From NCBI GenBank assembly GCA_015488685.1, contig WFNH01000034.1, positions 15,190 through 79,189 on the forward strand: DNA of 64,000 bases. The letters run 5' to 3'. Below are positions 48,545-58,884 of this stretch, in pieces. A program made the translations under genes and the position numbers. Each line of letters starts with the position of its first letter. Position 1 is the first letter of the stretch. Under the pieces are notes generated by a model, which had not been told where the DNA came from, made no database searches, and saw only the letters and a list, made by a program, of their open reading frames with translations. Source of the DNA: Marinosulfonomonas sp. Lineage in GTDB: Bacteria > Pseudomonadota > Alphaproteobacteria > Rhodobacterales > Rhodobacteraceae.

Positions 48545-49864
48545 TCAAAACGCTACCTGAAAGGCCTGCCCAAGTTTATCAACAATTTCGTCAATATGAT
48601 TATCCTGCAATATGAACGGCGGGGCCAATAGAACGTGATCCCCCTGAACCCCGTCTATTGTTCCCCCCATTGGATAACAGGCCAATCCGGCAGTAAAAGC
48701 GGCCTTTTTCACGGCTTTGTTTACTCCGCGTTCAGGGTCAAACGGGGTTTTGGCCTCACGGTTCTGAACAATTTCCAGCCCGACAAACAGCCCGCGTCCG
48801 CGAATATCCCCGATATGCGGATGCTGGCCAAATTCTTCGGCCAATCGGGTTTTCAACCGCGCCCCCATGATCCGCGATTGTTCAACCAGCCCGCCATCCA
48901 CCAGTTTCCCGACAACCGCGTTTGCGGCGGCACAGGCAACCGGATGGCCGATATAAGTGTGCCCGTGCTGGAAAAACCCGCTGCCCGAGGCAATGGCGTC
49001 ATAGATTTCACCACTGCACAACATCGCCCCGATTGGCTGATAACCGGCACCCAGACCTTTGGCGATGGTAATGATATCGGGGCGCACAGGTTCCTGTTCA
49101 CAGGCAAACAACGTGCCACACCGCCCCATGCCGCACATGACCTCGTCCAGAATCAGCAAAATACCGTAGCGGTCGCAAATCTGGCGGATACGTTTGAAAT
49201 AACCCTCGACAGCGGGCACCGCCCCCAGTGTCGCGCCTACAACCGGCTCGGCCACAAAGGCCGCAACACTTTCCGGCCCCAGCCGCAGTATTTCGGTTTC
49301 AAGCGCATCTGCAACACGTTGGCCGTACTCAAAGCGGCTTTCCCCCGCTTTGCGCCCCCGATATTCATAACACGGCGGAATATGGGATGTTTCGATCATC
49401 AATGGTGCGAAAGGGCGTTTGCGCCATTGGTTCCCGCCGGTGGCAAGTGCGCCCAGCGTATTGCCATGATAGCTTTGCTCGCGGGCGATAATACGGTGGC
49501 GTTCTGGTTCGCCTTTCTCGATGAAATACTGGCGGGCCAGTTTCAACGCCGCCTCGATCGTCTCGGAGCCGCCTGACACGAAATAGACCCGTTCAATGCC
49601 GTCGGGGGCCGATGCAATCAGCCTGTCGGCCAGTTCCTCGGCGGGGTCGGACGTGAAAAAACTGGTGTGAGCATAGGCGACTTTATCCAGTTGCACCTTG
49701 ATTGCGGCAACAACATCCGCATCGCTGTGTCCCAGACAGGAAACAGCCGCCCCGCCCGAACCATCCAGATACCGTTTGCCGCTGCGATCAATCAGGTAAA
49801 CCCCGTCACCCTGCATCACGGCCGGCGGGGAAACCTGACAATGGCGCGGAAATACATACGACAT
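48545..49864 (-). CDS. Class III (omega-type) aminotransferase, substrate unknown
   Basis: 439 aa. 'FVSGGSETIEAALKLAR', 'YHGNTLGAL', 'ILDEVMCGMGRCG', 'TIAKGLGAGYQPIG' (PLP lysine). Confidence 0.88.
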   Translation of the reverse strand: MSYVFPRHCQVSPPAVMQGDGVYLIDRSGKRYLDGSGGAAVSCLGHSDADVVAAIKVQLDKVAYAHTSFFTSDPAEELADRLIASAPDGIERVYFVSGGSETIEAALKLARQYFIEKGEPERHRIIAREQSYHGNTLGALATGGNQWRKRPFAPLMIETSHIPPCYEYRGRKAGESRFEYGQRVADALETEILRLGPESVAAFVAEPVVGATLGAVPAVEGYFKRIRQICDRYGILLILDEVMCGMGRCGTLFACEQEPVRPDIITIAKGLGAGYQPIGAMLCSGEIYDAIASGSGFFQHGHTYIGHPVACAAANAVVGKLVDGGLVEQSRIMGARLKTRLAEEFGQHPHIGDIRGRGLFVGLEIVQNREAKTPFDPERGVNKAVKKAAFTAGLACYPMGGTIDGVQGDHVLLAPPFILQDNHIDEIVDKLGQAFQVAF

Positions 49865-49900
49865 GGGATACCTCTTTGAATTTCGGGGCGGATTGCCCCC

Positions 49901-51508
49901 TTAGAATGAACCGTCATAAGCAGATTTATCAATCGGGCAGGCAAGAACAGTGAAGGTGCTGCGGCCCCATGCTTTGGTAAGGGCGGATAGCAGTTCATCC
50001 TTGCTTTGGATCACTTCGCCAATACCGTCGTAAGCCCGCGCAATCGCGGGAATGTCGGACCCTGTGAAACGCACCCCGTGGGTATTCAACTGCATCGCCG
50101 TCTGTTTCTTTTCGATCAGGGCAAGGCTGTTATCAATCGGCACCACGATCACCAGCGGCACCTGCAGATCGCGCAAGGTGGCCAGGTCACCGGCGGCCAT
50201 ATCGAACCCCGCATCGCCCACCACGGCCAAAACCGGCGTATCCGGGGCCCCGCGTTTATAGCCAATAGCCAATGGCACCGCGACACCCATCGAGCAAAAG
50301 GCAGCCGATTGCAGCAAGGTATTGGGGCGCTTGCAGCGCCATATCTGGTTCAGCAGGATGCGATGGGCACCGGTATCAACCGTGGTGATGGTCCTGTCCG
50401 GCAGGGCCGAATTCAGGGTCGCAAACAACTGGTGCGGCCCCCAATGGTTCGGTATGGCAAATGCGTTTTCCAGTTCGGCCTTGGCAACGGCAGGTTCACC
50501 ATCGGGCCATACAGGGCCATCTGGGGCACCAAGCACCGCCAGCGCCTTGCCAACATCCCCGACAAAACGCACCGCCGCCCCGTGCATCCCGTGCTGATTG
50601 GCTGCGTGCATTATTTCGATCGCGTTTTCCGGCCGCCACGGATTAATCCAGTCGCTGCGCATTTCAATCGGATCATAGCCCGCAAGGATCACGCAATCGG
50701 ATTTGTCCAGCAGCGGCAGGATGGTTTTATCCGACAACGGCGACAGCCCGTGACCACCCAGCGCCATCGGGTGATTCTCGGACAGTATTCCTTTGGCTTT
50801 ATAGGTGGTTACAACCGGTACTTGATGTTTTTCGGCCAATTCCAGAATGGCCGATCCCGCTGCATGATGAATCGCGCCCAACCCTGCCAAAACAATAGGT
50901 TTTTGGGCCTTTCTCAACATATCGCGGGCCTGTTGCAGCGTTTTGCTGTCTTCAGCCCAGATACCGGCCTCGGCCAGCTTGGGTGCGGCGGGTGCGCGGT
51001 CTGGTTCCTGCCAATGGGCCGCGTCCAGATATTCGTCCGGCAATTCCAGCAGCACCGGCCCAAGCGGGTCGGACAATGCAATCGACAGGGCCTTGTCAAC
51101 GGTCAGCGCCGCTGTGCCCTGATCCACCCGCAAAGTGGCCTTTGTGACAGTGGAAAACAGTGCTGCGTGATCAATCACCTGATGGGTGAACTGTTCGGCC
51201 ATCGCGTGCGAGATACAGCCCGTCAGCACGATCAACGGCACCTGTTCTTGGTAAGCGTTGGCCACCGTGTTCACCGCATTCGATACCCCCGGCCCGATGG
51301 TGGCCAACAGGATGCCCGGCGCGCCGGTAGCGTGCCAACTGCCCTCGGCCATATAGCCACCCGCGTTTTCGTGTTTCACCAGCGTGAATTCGATCCCCGC
51401 CACCCGTAGGGCATCCAGCAGGGCCAGAACCTCGCCCCCCGGCATACCGAAGGCATGGCGGCACCCTGCCCCTGCCAACTCGTTGGCGATGATCTGTGCG
51501 GCGTTCAT
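49901..51508 (-). CDS. Thiamine-diphosphate-dependent enzyme (acetolactate synthase-like family), substrate unknown
   Basis: 535 aa. N-terminal Pyr domain 'AFGMPGGEVLALLDAL..HENAGGYMAEG', C-terminal PP domain 'VVGDAGFDMAAGDLATL' (the GDG-X-N ThDP motif region). ATGA overlap with the upstream ACAD. Confidence 0.88.
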   Translation of the reverse strand: MNAAQIIANELAGAGCRHAFGMPGGEVLALLDALRVAGIEFTLVKHENAGGYMAEGSWHATGAPGILLATIGPGVSNAVNTVANAYQEQVPLIVLTGCISHAMAEQFTHQVIDHAALFSTVTKATLRVDQGTAALTVDKALSIALSDPLGPVLLELPDEYLDAAHWQEPDRAPAAPKLAEAGIWAEDSKTLQQARDMLRKAQKPIVLAGLGAIHHAAGSAILELAEKHQVPVVTTYKAKGILSENHPMALGGHGLSPLSDKTILPLLDKSDCVILAGYDPIEMRSDWINPWRPENAIEIMHAANQHGMHGAAVRFVGDVGKALAVLGAPDGPVWPDGEPAVAKAELENAFAIPNHWGPHQLFATLNSALPDRTITTVDTGAHRILLNQIWRCKRPNTLLQSAAFCSMGVAVPLAIGYKRGAPDTPVLAVVGDAGFDMAAGDLATLRDLQVPLVIVVPIDNSLALIEKKQTAMQLNTHGVRFTGSDIPAIARAYDGIGEVIQSKDELLSALTKAWGRSTFTVLACPIDKSAYDGSF

Positions 51509-52695
51509 TTTGCCAGCCGTGAATACCCGTCGCGCGTTTGCGGGGTTTTCATATCCAGCGCCCGTCCCGCGATCAGGTTGCGCAGCATTTGTGCTGTGCC
51601 CCCACCGATGGTGAACATGCGCGCATCCCGCACCATGCGTTCCAGCGGCAAATCCCGCGAATACCCCGCCGCGCCATGCAGTTGCAGCGCATCATTGGTG
51701 ACTTTCACAGCGGTTTCCGAGGCTAGCAATTTGGCCTGCGCCGCCAGCAACGGGTCGGGAAACCCGTTTTTGCCGCTACAAGCCGCGCGCCACAGCATCA
51801 GCCGTGCGGATTCCAGTGCCACGTCCATATCGGCAATCATCCATTGTAGCCCCTGAAATTCAGCAATCGGACGGCCAAACTGCTGACGCATTTTCAGATA
51901 ATCCTTTGCGGTGTCATAGGCCCCCGCCGCAACGCCCAGCGCCACGGTGCCCGCCCCGACCCGCTGGGCGTTATAGGCATCCATCAACCCGCCAAAACCG
52001 CGTCGCAGCCCTTGTGGCGGGATCAGCGCCATATCGGCGGAAATCTCCATATTCTCGAATATGATTTCCGTTTCTGGGATTCCGCGCAGGCCCATTGCCG
52101 GTTCGCGGTGGCCGATTCTCATGCCTTCGTCCTCGCCTCGCACGGCAATGAAGGCACCGATGCCCTGACGCTCGCCGTTTTCGACAACCTGCGCGAAAAC
52201 CAGATGCACGCGCGACACCCCTCCGCCGGTGATCCAGTGTTTCACCCCGTTCAGGATGTATTTGTCCTTTTTCTTGACCGCGACCGTCGTCATGCTGGTG
52301 GCCGCCGACCCTGCGCCGGGTTCTGTAATGCAGATCGCAGGCTTGTCCCCAGCCAGAACCAATGGCGCGGCGCGACCAATCTGTTCCTTGCTGCCATAAG
52401 CACAGATCGCACCGATTGCGCCCATATTGCCTTCAACCACGATCCGGCCCGTCACTCCACAAGCCTTGGCCATTTCCTCGGCCACCAGAACCGCATCCAG
52501 ATAGGATGCACCGGCGCCCCCGTGCTTCTTGGGAATACACATGCCCATCAATCCGGCCTCGACCAGCAATTGCACGTTTTCCCAAGGGTATTCCTCGGAG
52601 CGGTCCACCTCTGCGGCACGGGATTTAATGACCCCCTGGGCCAATTCCCGCACAGTATTGCGGATCAGGTGTTGTTCCGGCGTTAAATCAAACAT
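51505..52695 (-). CDS. Acyl-CoA dehydrogenase family protein
   Basis: 396 aa from ATG 52695 (TAATG overlap with the CoA-transferase stop). 'ITEPGAGSAATSM', 'LNGVKHWITGGG', 'LQLHGAAGYSRDLPLERMVRDARMFTIGGGT'. Confidence 0.9.
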   Translation of the reverse strand: MFDLTPEQHLIRNTVRELAQGVIKSRAAEVDRSEEYPWENVQLLVEAGLMGMCIPKKHGGAGASYLDAVLVAEEMAKACGVTGRIVVEGNMGAIGAICAYGSKEQIGRAAPLVLAGDKPAICITEPGAGSAATSMTTVAVKKKDKYILNGVKHWITGGGVSRVHLVFAQVVENGERQGIGAFIAVRGEDEGMRIGHREPAMGLRGIPETEIIFENMEISADMALIPPQGLRRGFGGLMDAYNAQRVGAGTVALGVAAGAYDTAKDYLKMRQQFGRPIAEFQGLQWMIADMDVALESARLMLWRAACSGKNGFPDPLLAAQAKLLASETAVKVTNDALQLHGAAGYSRDLPLERMVRDARMFTIGGGTAQMLRNLIAGRALDMKTPQTRDGYSRLAK

Positions 52696-53882
52696 TACTC
52701 TTCCTTCAACCATTCAGATAAAACTTCATCGGTATGTTCCCCGCAAATCGGCGGGTATTGGCGATAACTAACAGGGGTGACGCTAAATTTCACCGGATTT
52801 CCGATCAGATCGACATGGCCCTTGGCAGCCAGCGGATGCGGCATGGAAATCTTCATCTCGCGTGCGGCAACCTGATCGGTTTCGAACACCTCGGGAACGG
52901 TGTTAATCTCGCCGCCCGGCACGTTGTTGGCCTCCATCGCGGCGACCAAAGCGCCCTTTTCCATCTGTTTAAGGCGCTTGGACAACAGCGCAATCAGCAC
53001 CTCGCGATTTTCCAGACGAGAGGTGTTCAGGGTAAAGCGGTCATCCTTGGCCAGTTCCGGCATGCCGATCAGTGCGGCGAAACGGGCGAACTGCCCGTCA
53101 TTGCCCGCCGCCACGATCACATGACCATCCGCACATTCAAACACCTGATAGGGCACGATATTGGGGTGCTGGTTGCCGCGCCGTTCGGGCGCCTGACCCG
53201 AGGACAGATAATTCACGCCCTCATTGGCCAGCCAGGCAATCTGCGTATCCACCAGTGCGATGTCGATATGCTGACCCTCGCCTGTCGCATCACGATGGCG
53301 CAAAGCGGCCAGAATGGCGTTACTGGCATACATACCGCACATGATATCGGCGATGCCAACCCCCACCTTGACCGGCTCGCCATCCGGTTCCCCCGTCAGG
53401 CTCATCATCCCGCCATAGCCCTGCGCCAGCAGGTCATACCCCGGCTTGTCGCGGTTCGGGCCGGTCTGGCCAAAGCCGGAGATCGAACAGTAAACCAGCG
53501 CCGGATTGCGGGTTTTCAGCGCCTCGTAATCCAGCCCGTATTTCTTTAATCCGTCCACCTTGAAATTCTGGATCACCACATCGGCCACCTCCGCCAGACG
53601 ACGCAGGGTTTCCGCCCCTTCCGGATCGGCCATATCCACAGCGATGGAACGCTTGTTGCGGTTGGTGCACATATAATAGGCGCTTTCGCGGGTGACTTCG
53701 CCATCTGCCGTGGTCACATAGGGCGGCCCCCATGCGCGGGTGTCATCGCCCTCCACAGGGCGTTCGACCTTGATCACATCGGCGCCCATATCGCCCAGCA
53801 ATTGCGTTGCATATGGGCCTGCCAGAATGCGCGACATATCCAGAATGCGCAGCCCCTTTAACGGGCCGGTATTATCAACCAT
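52695..53882 (-). CDS. Family III CoA-transferase (CaiB/BaiF family)
   Basis: 395 aa. 'LKGLRILDMSRILAGPYATQLLGDMGADVIKVE', and the 'GYDLLAQGYGGMMSLTGEPDG' catalytic Asp region. Confidence 0.9.
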   Translation of the reverse strand: MVDNTGPLKGLRILDMSRILAGPYATQLLGDMGADVIKVERPVEGDDTRAWGPPYVTTADGEVTRESAYYMCTNRNKRSIAVDMADPEGAETLRRLAEVADVVIQNFKVDGLKKYGLDYEALKTRNPALVYCSISGFGQTGPNRDKPGYDLLAQGYGGMMSLTGEPDGEPVKVGVGIADIMCGMYASNAILAALRHRDATGEGQHIDIALVDTQIAWLANEGVNYLSSGQAPERRGNQHPNIVPYQVFECADGHVIVAAGNDGQFARFAALIGMPELAKDDRFTLNTSRLENREVLIALLSKRLKQMEKGALVAAMEANNVPGGEINTVPEVFETDQVAAREMKISMPHPLAAKGHVDLIGNPVKFSVTPVSYRQYPPICGEHTDEVLSEWLKEE

Positions 53883-53970
53883 TCCCTGAAAATCCTTTTG
53901 TCCTGCGAGTCGCTTATCCAGACTTTATGCCCGCTTTGGGCCACGGGGCAATCCTGAACAGCATCCCCGC

Positions 53971-54894
53971 CTAAAGCTTTGGCAAAAACGACCCCTGCAA
54001 TTCGGATATAAACCGGTGAACTGTGGCAATCGCGGGGGTCACTCGCAGATCCTGCCGGTGCAGCAGAAACCATTTTCGGGCAATCGGCAGACCGGCGGAT
54101 TCAATCGTCATCAAACGCCCCGAACGCAATTCCTCGGTCACCGTGTGCTGCGAGATCAGCGCCACACCCAGCCCCGCAATCACCGCTTGTTTAATGGTTT
54201 CATTGGTTCCCATTTCAATGCTGCGATACGGTGTGCCTTCGCCGATGCGATCAAGATAACGCACCATCATGATCCGTGTGCCCGACCCTTCCTCACGCGC
54301 GATGAAGGTCTGCGCCAGCAATTCCTGCGCCGAAATGTCCCGCCGACCGGCCAGCGGGTGTTCGGGGGCGGCAATCATCACATGCGGGTGATCCCCGATC
54401 ACTTCGGTTTCCATAACCGGACTGCGCGGGGGACGCCCCATAATCACCAGATCAAGCGCCTGCTGCTGAAGCGCCCGCATGATCGCATCGCGATTGCCCA
54501 CCCGCAGCACCACGTCAATATCGGGATAATGCTGCTGCAACATCGCCACCAGCCCCGGTGCAAAGTATTTGCCGGTGGAAACAACCCCCAGCACCACAAC
54601 CCCGCTTTGCCCGTCCCGCAGTGCCCGCACCTGTTGCAGGCAGTTTTCCAAAGCGCTGTGGATGGTGAATTCCGCCCTTAGCACTGCCTGCCCTTCGGCC
54701 GTCAACCGTGCCCCTTGCGCCCCGCCACGATCCACCAGCTTGCAGTCCATATTTTCCTCGAGGATTCGCAATTGTGTATGAATCGCGGGCGGAGTCAGTC
54801 CCACCGCCTCGGCTGCCGCCGACAAAGTTCCGTTTTCAGCCACAGCGCGAATGGCGCGTAACTGTTTGAAAGTAACCGCATCCAGCTTCGGCAT
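53971..54894 (-). CDS. cbbR: LysR-family regulator CbbR
   Basis: 307 aa. HTH 'FKQLRAIRAVAENGTLSAAAEAVGLTPPAIHTQLRILEE'. Divergent from the cbb operon, the canonical CbbR position. Confidence 0.88.
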   Translation of the reverse strand: MPKLDAVTFKQLRAIRAVAENGTLSAAAEAVGLTPPAIHTQLRILEENMDCKLVDRGGAQGARLTAEGQAVLRAEFTIHSALENCLQQVRALRDGQSGVVVLGVVSTGKYFAPGLVAMLQQHYPDIDVVLRVGNRDAIMRALQQQALDLVIMGRPPRSPVMETEVIGDHPHVMIAAPEHPLAGRRDISAQELLAQTFIAREEGSGTRIMMVRYLDRIGEGTPYRSIEMGTNETIKQAVIAGLGVALISQHTVTEELRSGRLMTIESAGLPIARKWFLLHRQDLRVTPAIATVHRFISELQGSFLPKL

Positions 54895-54999
54895 TAAATT
54901 TCCCTTAACGCAAATTCCATTTAATTAAATTCTATAATCATTCGAATTATGGAATACAAAAGAAAATTACCGAAACTGCGCCAGAATCGGGGGATTATT
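54895..54999. promoter_or_regulatory. cbbR-cbbF divergent control region (probable CbbR operator/promoters)
   Basis: 105-nt AT-rich spacer. Contains the inverted repeat ATTCCAT (54914-54920) / ATGGAAT (54949-54955), the palindrome TTAATTAA (54921-54928), and several T-N11-A LysR-type candidates. Confidence 0.5.
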
Positions 55000-56007
55000 A
55001 TGCAGTCGGACGAAAACATCATCGGAAACGACAAAATTCCGGCGGACCTGTATCCACTAATCAACGGCCTTTGCACCGTTGGCGCGGAGCTGGCCAAGAC
55101 CATTGCCCGTGGCCCTTTGGGGCAAACACTGGGCGGGGCTGTTGGCGAAAACAGCGATGGTGATCAGCAAAAAGCACTGGACGTGATGGCGGACGAGGCC
55201 TTTGCCGAGGCGCTGAAATCGCTGGGCGTGCGCTGGTATGCTTCGGAAGAACAGGAAGAAGTGGTCGAACTGGACCCGAACGGGCGTTATGCACTGGCGA
55301 TCGACCCGCTGGATGGGTCGTCGAACATCGACGTGAATGTCTCGATCGGCACCATCTTTTCGATCTTCGAGGCCAACGAGGGCGCAAACGAAAGTTTCCT
55401 GCGCCCCGCCAACGAACAGATTGCAGCGGGTTACATCATCTTTGGCCCGCAAACCGGCCTGATGGTGACCTTCGGCAACGGCACCCTGTTCTATGTGCTT
55501 AGCCCGGACAGCGGCAAATTCGAATTGGCCAATGACCATGTGGTGGTGCCAAAGGAATCGATTGAATACGCCATCAATGCCTCGAACTATCGCCATTGGT
55601 CCAAACCTGTGCGCGCCTATATCGATGATTGCATCGCCGGCGCTGAAGGCATCCACGGCAAGAACTTCAACATGCGCTGGGTCGCATCACTGGTGGCCGA
55701 AACCCACCGCATCCTGACCCGCGGCGGTATTTTTCTGTATCCGTCGGATTCCCGTGAAGGCTATGGCGCGGGTCGTCTGCGCATGGTCTATGAATGCGCC
55801 CCGATGGCGTTTCTGGTGGAACAGGCCGATGGCCACGCCACCAATGAACACGACCGCATCCTAGACCAGACCGCCAAGGAGTTGCACGCCCGCACGCCCT
55901 TTGTGTTCGGCACACCGGTCAAGGTGGATCGCCTCGCCTCGTACCACGACCTACCCGAAAAAGAAGTCTCAGCCCTTTTTGGCCAGCGCGGCCTGTTTCG
56001 TGATTAA
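55000..56007 (+). CDS. cbbF: Fructose-1,6-/sedoheptulose-1,7-bisphosphatase class 1 (Calvin-cycle CbbF)
   Basis: 335 aa from ATG 55000 (GGGGGA SD; the track ORF starts 51 nt earlier). '[10 protein letters not shown]', '[21 protein letters not shown]', '[14 protein letters not shown]'. Confidence 0.9.
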   Translation: MQSDENIIGNDKIPADLYPLINGLCTVGAELAKTIARGPLGQTLGGAVGENSDGDQQKALDVMADEAFAEALKSLGVRWYASEEQEEVVELDPNGRYALAIDPLDGSSNIDVNVSIGTIFSIFEANEGANESFLRPANEQIAAGYIIFGPQTGLMVTFGNGTLFYVLSPDSGKFELANDHVVVPKESIEYAINASNYRHWSKPVRAYIDDCIAGAEGIHGKNFNMRWVASLVAETHRILTRGGIFLYPSDSREGYGAGRLRMVYECAPMAFLVEQADGHATNEHDRILDQTAKELHARTPFVFGTPVKVDRLASYHDLPEKEVSALFGQRGLFRD

Positions 56008-56019
56008 GGAAACCATGAC

Positions 56020-56892
56020 ATGAGCAAGAAACATCCCATCATTTCCGTCACCGGCTCTTCTGGCGCTGGCACCTCGACCGTCAAAGACACCTTCGAGCAG
56101 ATTTTCCGCCGCGAAGGTGTGACCGCTGCCACCATCGAAGGCGACGCGTTCCACAAATATGACCGCGCGGCGATGAAAGAGCAGCTGGACCAGCATTACG
56201 CCAAAGGCGACCACACCTTCAGCCACTTCAGCTATGAAGCCAATGCGCTGGAAGAACTGGAAGCGGTGTTCAAAGCTTATGGCAAAACCGGCACCGGCAA
56301 GAAACGCTATTATGTGCATAACGACGAAGAAGGTGCCAAACTGGGCGCGGCTTCGGGCACGTTTACCGATTGGGAAGACATCGAAAAGGGTACCGACCTG
56401 TTGTTTTACGAAGGCCTGCATGGCGCTGTGAAAAACGACAAAATAAACCTGCCAAAATACGCCGATCTGAAAATCGGGGTTGTGCCGGTGGTGAACCTTG
56501 AGTGGATCCAGAAAATTCATCGCGACAAGCACCAGCGCGGCTACACAACCGAGGCCGTGACCGACGTGATCCTGCGCCGCATGCACGCCTATGTGCATTG
56601 CATCATGCCGCAGTTCACCGAAACCGACATCAATTTCCAGCGTGTGCCGATTGTGGACACCTCGAACCCGATGATTTCGCGCTGGATCCCGACGGCGGAC
56701 GAAAGCCTTGTGGTGATCCGTTTCAAAGACCCGCGCGGTATCGATTTCCCTTATCTACAATCCATGATCCACGACAGTTTCATGAGCCGCGCCAATTCCA
56801 TCGTGGTTCCGGGCGGCAAGATGGAGCTGGCAATGCAGCTGATCTTTACCCCGCTGGTGGAACGCCTGATTTCCGAATCCAAGCGCGCATAA
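56020..56892 (+). CDS. cbbP: Phosphoribulokinase
   Basis: 290 aa. 'MSKKHPIISVTGSSGAGTSTV..' and 'EWIQKIHRD..RGYTTEAVTDVILRRMHAYVHCI' are near-identical to Rhodobacter PrkA/B as I recall them. Confidence 0.97.
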   Translation: MSKKHPIISVTGSSGAGTSTVKDTFEQIFRREGVTAATIEGDAFHKYDRAAMKEQLDQHYAKGDHTFSHFSYEANALEELEAVFKAYGKTGTGKKRYYVHNDEEGAKLGAASGTFTDWEDIEKGTDLLFYEGLHGAVKNDKINLPKYADLKIGVVPVVNLEWIQKIHRDKHQRGYTTEAVTDVILRRMHAYVHCIMPQFTETDINFQRVPIVDTSNPMISRWIPTADESLVVIRFKDPRGIDFPYLQSMIHDSFMSRANSIVVPGGKMELAMQLIFTPLVERLISESKRA

Positions 56893-56904
56893 GGAGGCCT
56901 GACA

Positions 56905-58872
56905 ATGAGTAACGAAACCCAAATGGCCAACGCCATCCGCGCCCTTGCAATGGACGCCGTGCAGGCCGCCAATTCCGGCCACCCCGGCGCCCCGATGGGA
57001 CTGGCCGATGTCGCCACCGTTTTGTTCAACCGTTTCATGAAAATCGATCCGACAGCCGACAAATGGGCCGACCGCGACCGGTTCGTGATGTCGGCGGGCC
57101 ATGGCTCGATGCTGGTTTATGCCATCAACCACCTGCTGGGTTATGACGACATGGACATGAACCAGATCCGCAATTTCCGCCAGATGGGTTTCCGCACCGC
57201 GGGCCATCCCGAATATGGTCACGCCAAGGGCATCGAAACCACCACCGGCCCGCTGGGTCAGGGGATTTCCACCGCTGTCGGCATGGCGCTGGCCGAACGG
57301 ATGCAGAATGCGCGATTTGGCGATGATCTGGTCGATCACTATACATATGTGATCGCCGGTGACGGCTGCCTGATGGAAGGGATCAGCCACGAAGCCATTG
57401 ATTTCGCTGGCAACATGGGCCTTGGCCGGCTGATTGTGATGTGGGATGACAATTCGATCACCATTGACGGCAAAACCGATCTGTCCACCAGCACCAATCA
57501 GCAAAAGCGTTTCGAGGCCGCGGGCTGGCATGTCCAGTCGGTTGACGGCCACGACAAAGACGCAATTGCCGCCGCGATTGAAGCGGCCCGCAAGGTCAGC
57601 GACAAACCATCCATGATCGCCTGCAAGACGATCATCGGATTTGGCGCACCCAACAAACAAGGCACATCCGCCACTCATGGTGCACCTCTGGGGGATGGCG
57701 AGATTGCCTTGGCGCGTGAGGCCCTTGGCTGGCCTCACGCCCCTTTTGAAATCACGTCCGACGTTTATGACGACTGGCACGCCATCGCCGCCCGCGGCAA
57801 GGCGGCGCGACTGGACTGGGATAAACGTCTGTCTGCCTCGGGCCGGGCCGACGAATTCAACGCCACGCTGGCCGGACCGGACAAATCGGCGCTGGATGCG
57901 GCAATCAACGCCTATAAACACCGCCTGTCGCAAGACGCACCAAAGGTTGCAACCCGCAAGGCCAGCCAGATGGCGCTGGAAGTGATCAACGCCACCCTGC
58001 CCAACACCGTGGGTGGTTCGGCCGATCTGACCGGATCGAACCTGACCAAAACCAACGGGATGGAGCCGGTTTCCAAAGGCAATTACGGCGGCAGTTACAT
58101 CTATTACGGCGTGCGCGAACACGGCATGGCGGCCGCGATGAACGGCCTTTCGCTGCACGGGGGCTTTTTGCCCTACGGCGGCACCTTTCTGGCCTTTGCC
58201 GATTACTGCCGTGGCGCGATCCGCCTGTCGGCGCTGATGGGCCTGCCGGTGCCATATGTGATGACCCATGACAGCATTGGATTGGGCGAAGACGGCCCGA
58301 CCCACCAGCCGGTGGAAACCGTCGCCAGTTTGCGCGCCATGCCCAACACCTATGTGTTCCGCCCCGCCGATGTGGTGGAAACCGCCGAAAGCTGGCAGAT
58401 CGCGATTGAAAGCGAAAGCACACCTTCCGTGCTGGCCCTGTCGCGTCAGGGGCTGCCCTGCCTGCGCACCAGCCACACCGACACCAATATGGTCGCCAAA
58501 GGAGCCTATGTTCTGCGCGACACCGCGGGCGAACGGGATGTGACCCTGATCGCCACCGGCTCCGAAGTGGAAATCGCCATGAATGCCGCCGATCTGCTGG
58601 CCAAAGAAGGCATCAAGGCCGCCGTGGTTTCGGCCCCCTGTTTCGAACTGTTCGCGCAGCAGGACGCAGCCTATCGCGCATCCGTTCTGGGCACCGCCCC
58701 GCGTGTTGGTGTCGAGGCGGCGATTGAACAAAGCTGGGGCAAGCTGCTGGGCGAAAATTCCGCCTTTGTCGGCATGACCGGTTTCGGGGCTTCGGCCCCC
58801 GCAGACGAACTTTACGAACATTTCGGCATCACGGCAGACGCCGTGGCAAAAGCCGCCAAAAACCTGCTTTAA
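56905..58872 (+). CDS. cbbT: Transketolase
   Basis: 655 aa. '[14 protein letters not shown]', ThDP motif '[13 protein letters not shown]', '[18 protein letters not shown]'. Confidence 0.96.
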   Translation: MSNETQMANAIRALAMDAVQAANSGHPGAPMGLADVATVLFNRFMKIDPTADKWADRDRFVMSAGHGSMLVYAINHLLGYDDMDMNQIRNFRQMGFRTAGHPEYGHAKGIETTTGPLGQGISTAVGMALAERMQNARFGDDLVDHYTYVIAGDGCLMEGISHEAIDFAGNMGLGRLIVMWDDNSITIDGKTDLSTSTNQQKRFEAAGWHVQSVDGHDKDAIAAAIEAARKVSDKPSMIACKTIIGFGAPNKQGTSATHGAPLGDGEIALAREALGWPHAPFEITSDVYDDWHAIAARGKAARLDWDKRLSASGRADEFNATLAGPDKSALDAAINAYKHRLSQDAPKVATRKASQMALEVINATLPNTVGGSADLTGSNLTKTNGMEPVSKGNYGGSYIYYGVREHGMAAAMNGLSLHGGFLPYGGTFLAFADYCRGAIRLSALMGLPVPYVMTHDSIGLGEDGPTHQPVETVASLRAMPNTYVFRPADVVETAESWQIAIESESTPSVLALSRQGLPCLRTSHTDTNMVAKGAYVLRDTAGERDVTLIATGSEVEIAMNAADLLAKEGIKAAVVSAPCFELFAQQDAAYRASVLGTAPRVGVEAAIEQSWGKLLGENSAFVGMTGFGASAPADELYEHFGITADAVAKAAKNLL

Positions 58873-58884
58873 GGGAGAAATAAC

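Noticed and set aside
48545-51508. Considered that the aminotransferase + ThDP enzyme pair is taurine:pyruvate aminotransferase (Tpa) + sulfoacetaldehyde acetyltransferase (Xsc). Also considered that the CoA-transferase + ThDP enzyme pair is Frc/Oxc for oxalate.
   Set aside because: The ThDP protein (535 aa) is shorter than Xsc or Oxc as I remember them, and its N-terminus is generic ALS-like. There is no pta, tauABC or formate-related gene nearby. The ACAD is unexplained by either pathway. Neither assignment can be made without a database search.
54949-54999. Upstream in-frame ATG extending cbbF by 17 codons. Similar upstream extensions exist in the track for the acyl-CoA ligase (36795), clpX (47622), clpP (48445), acs (23909), the transaminase (35832) and gapR (9530).
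   Set aside because: In each case a downstream ATG has a proper SD and restores the conserved N-terminus of the family. Several of the track starts are TTG or GTG.
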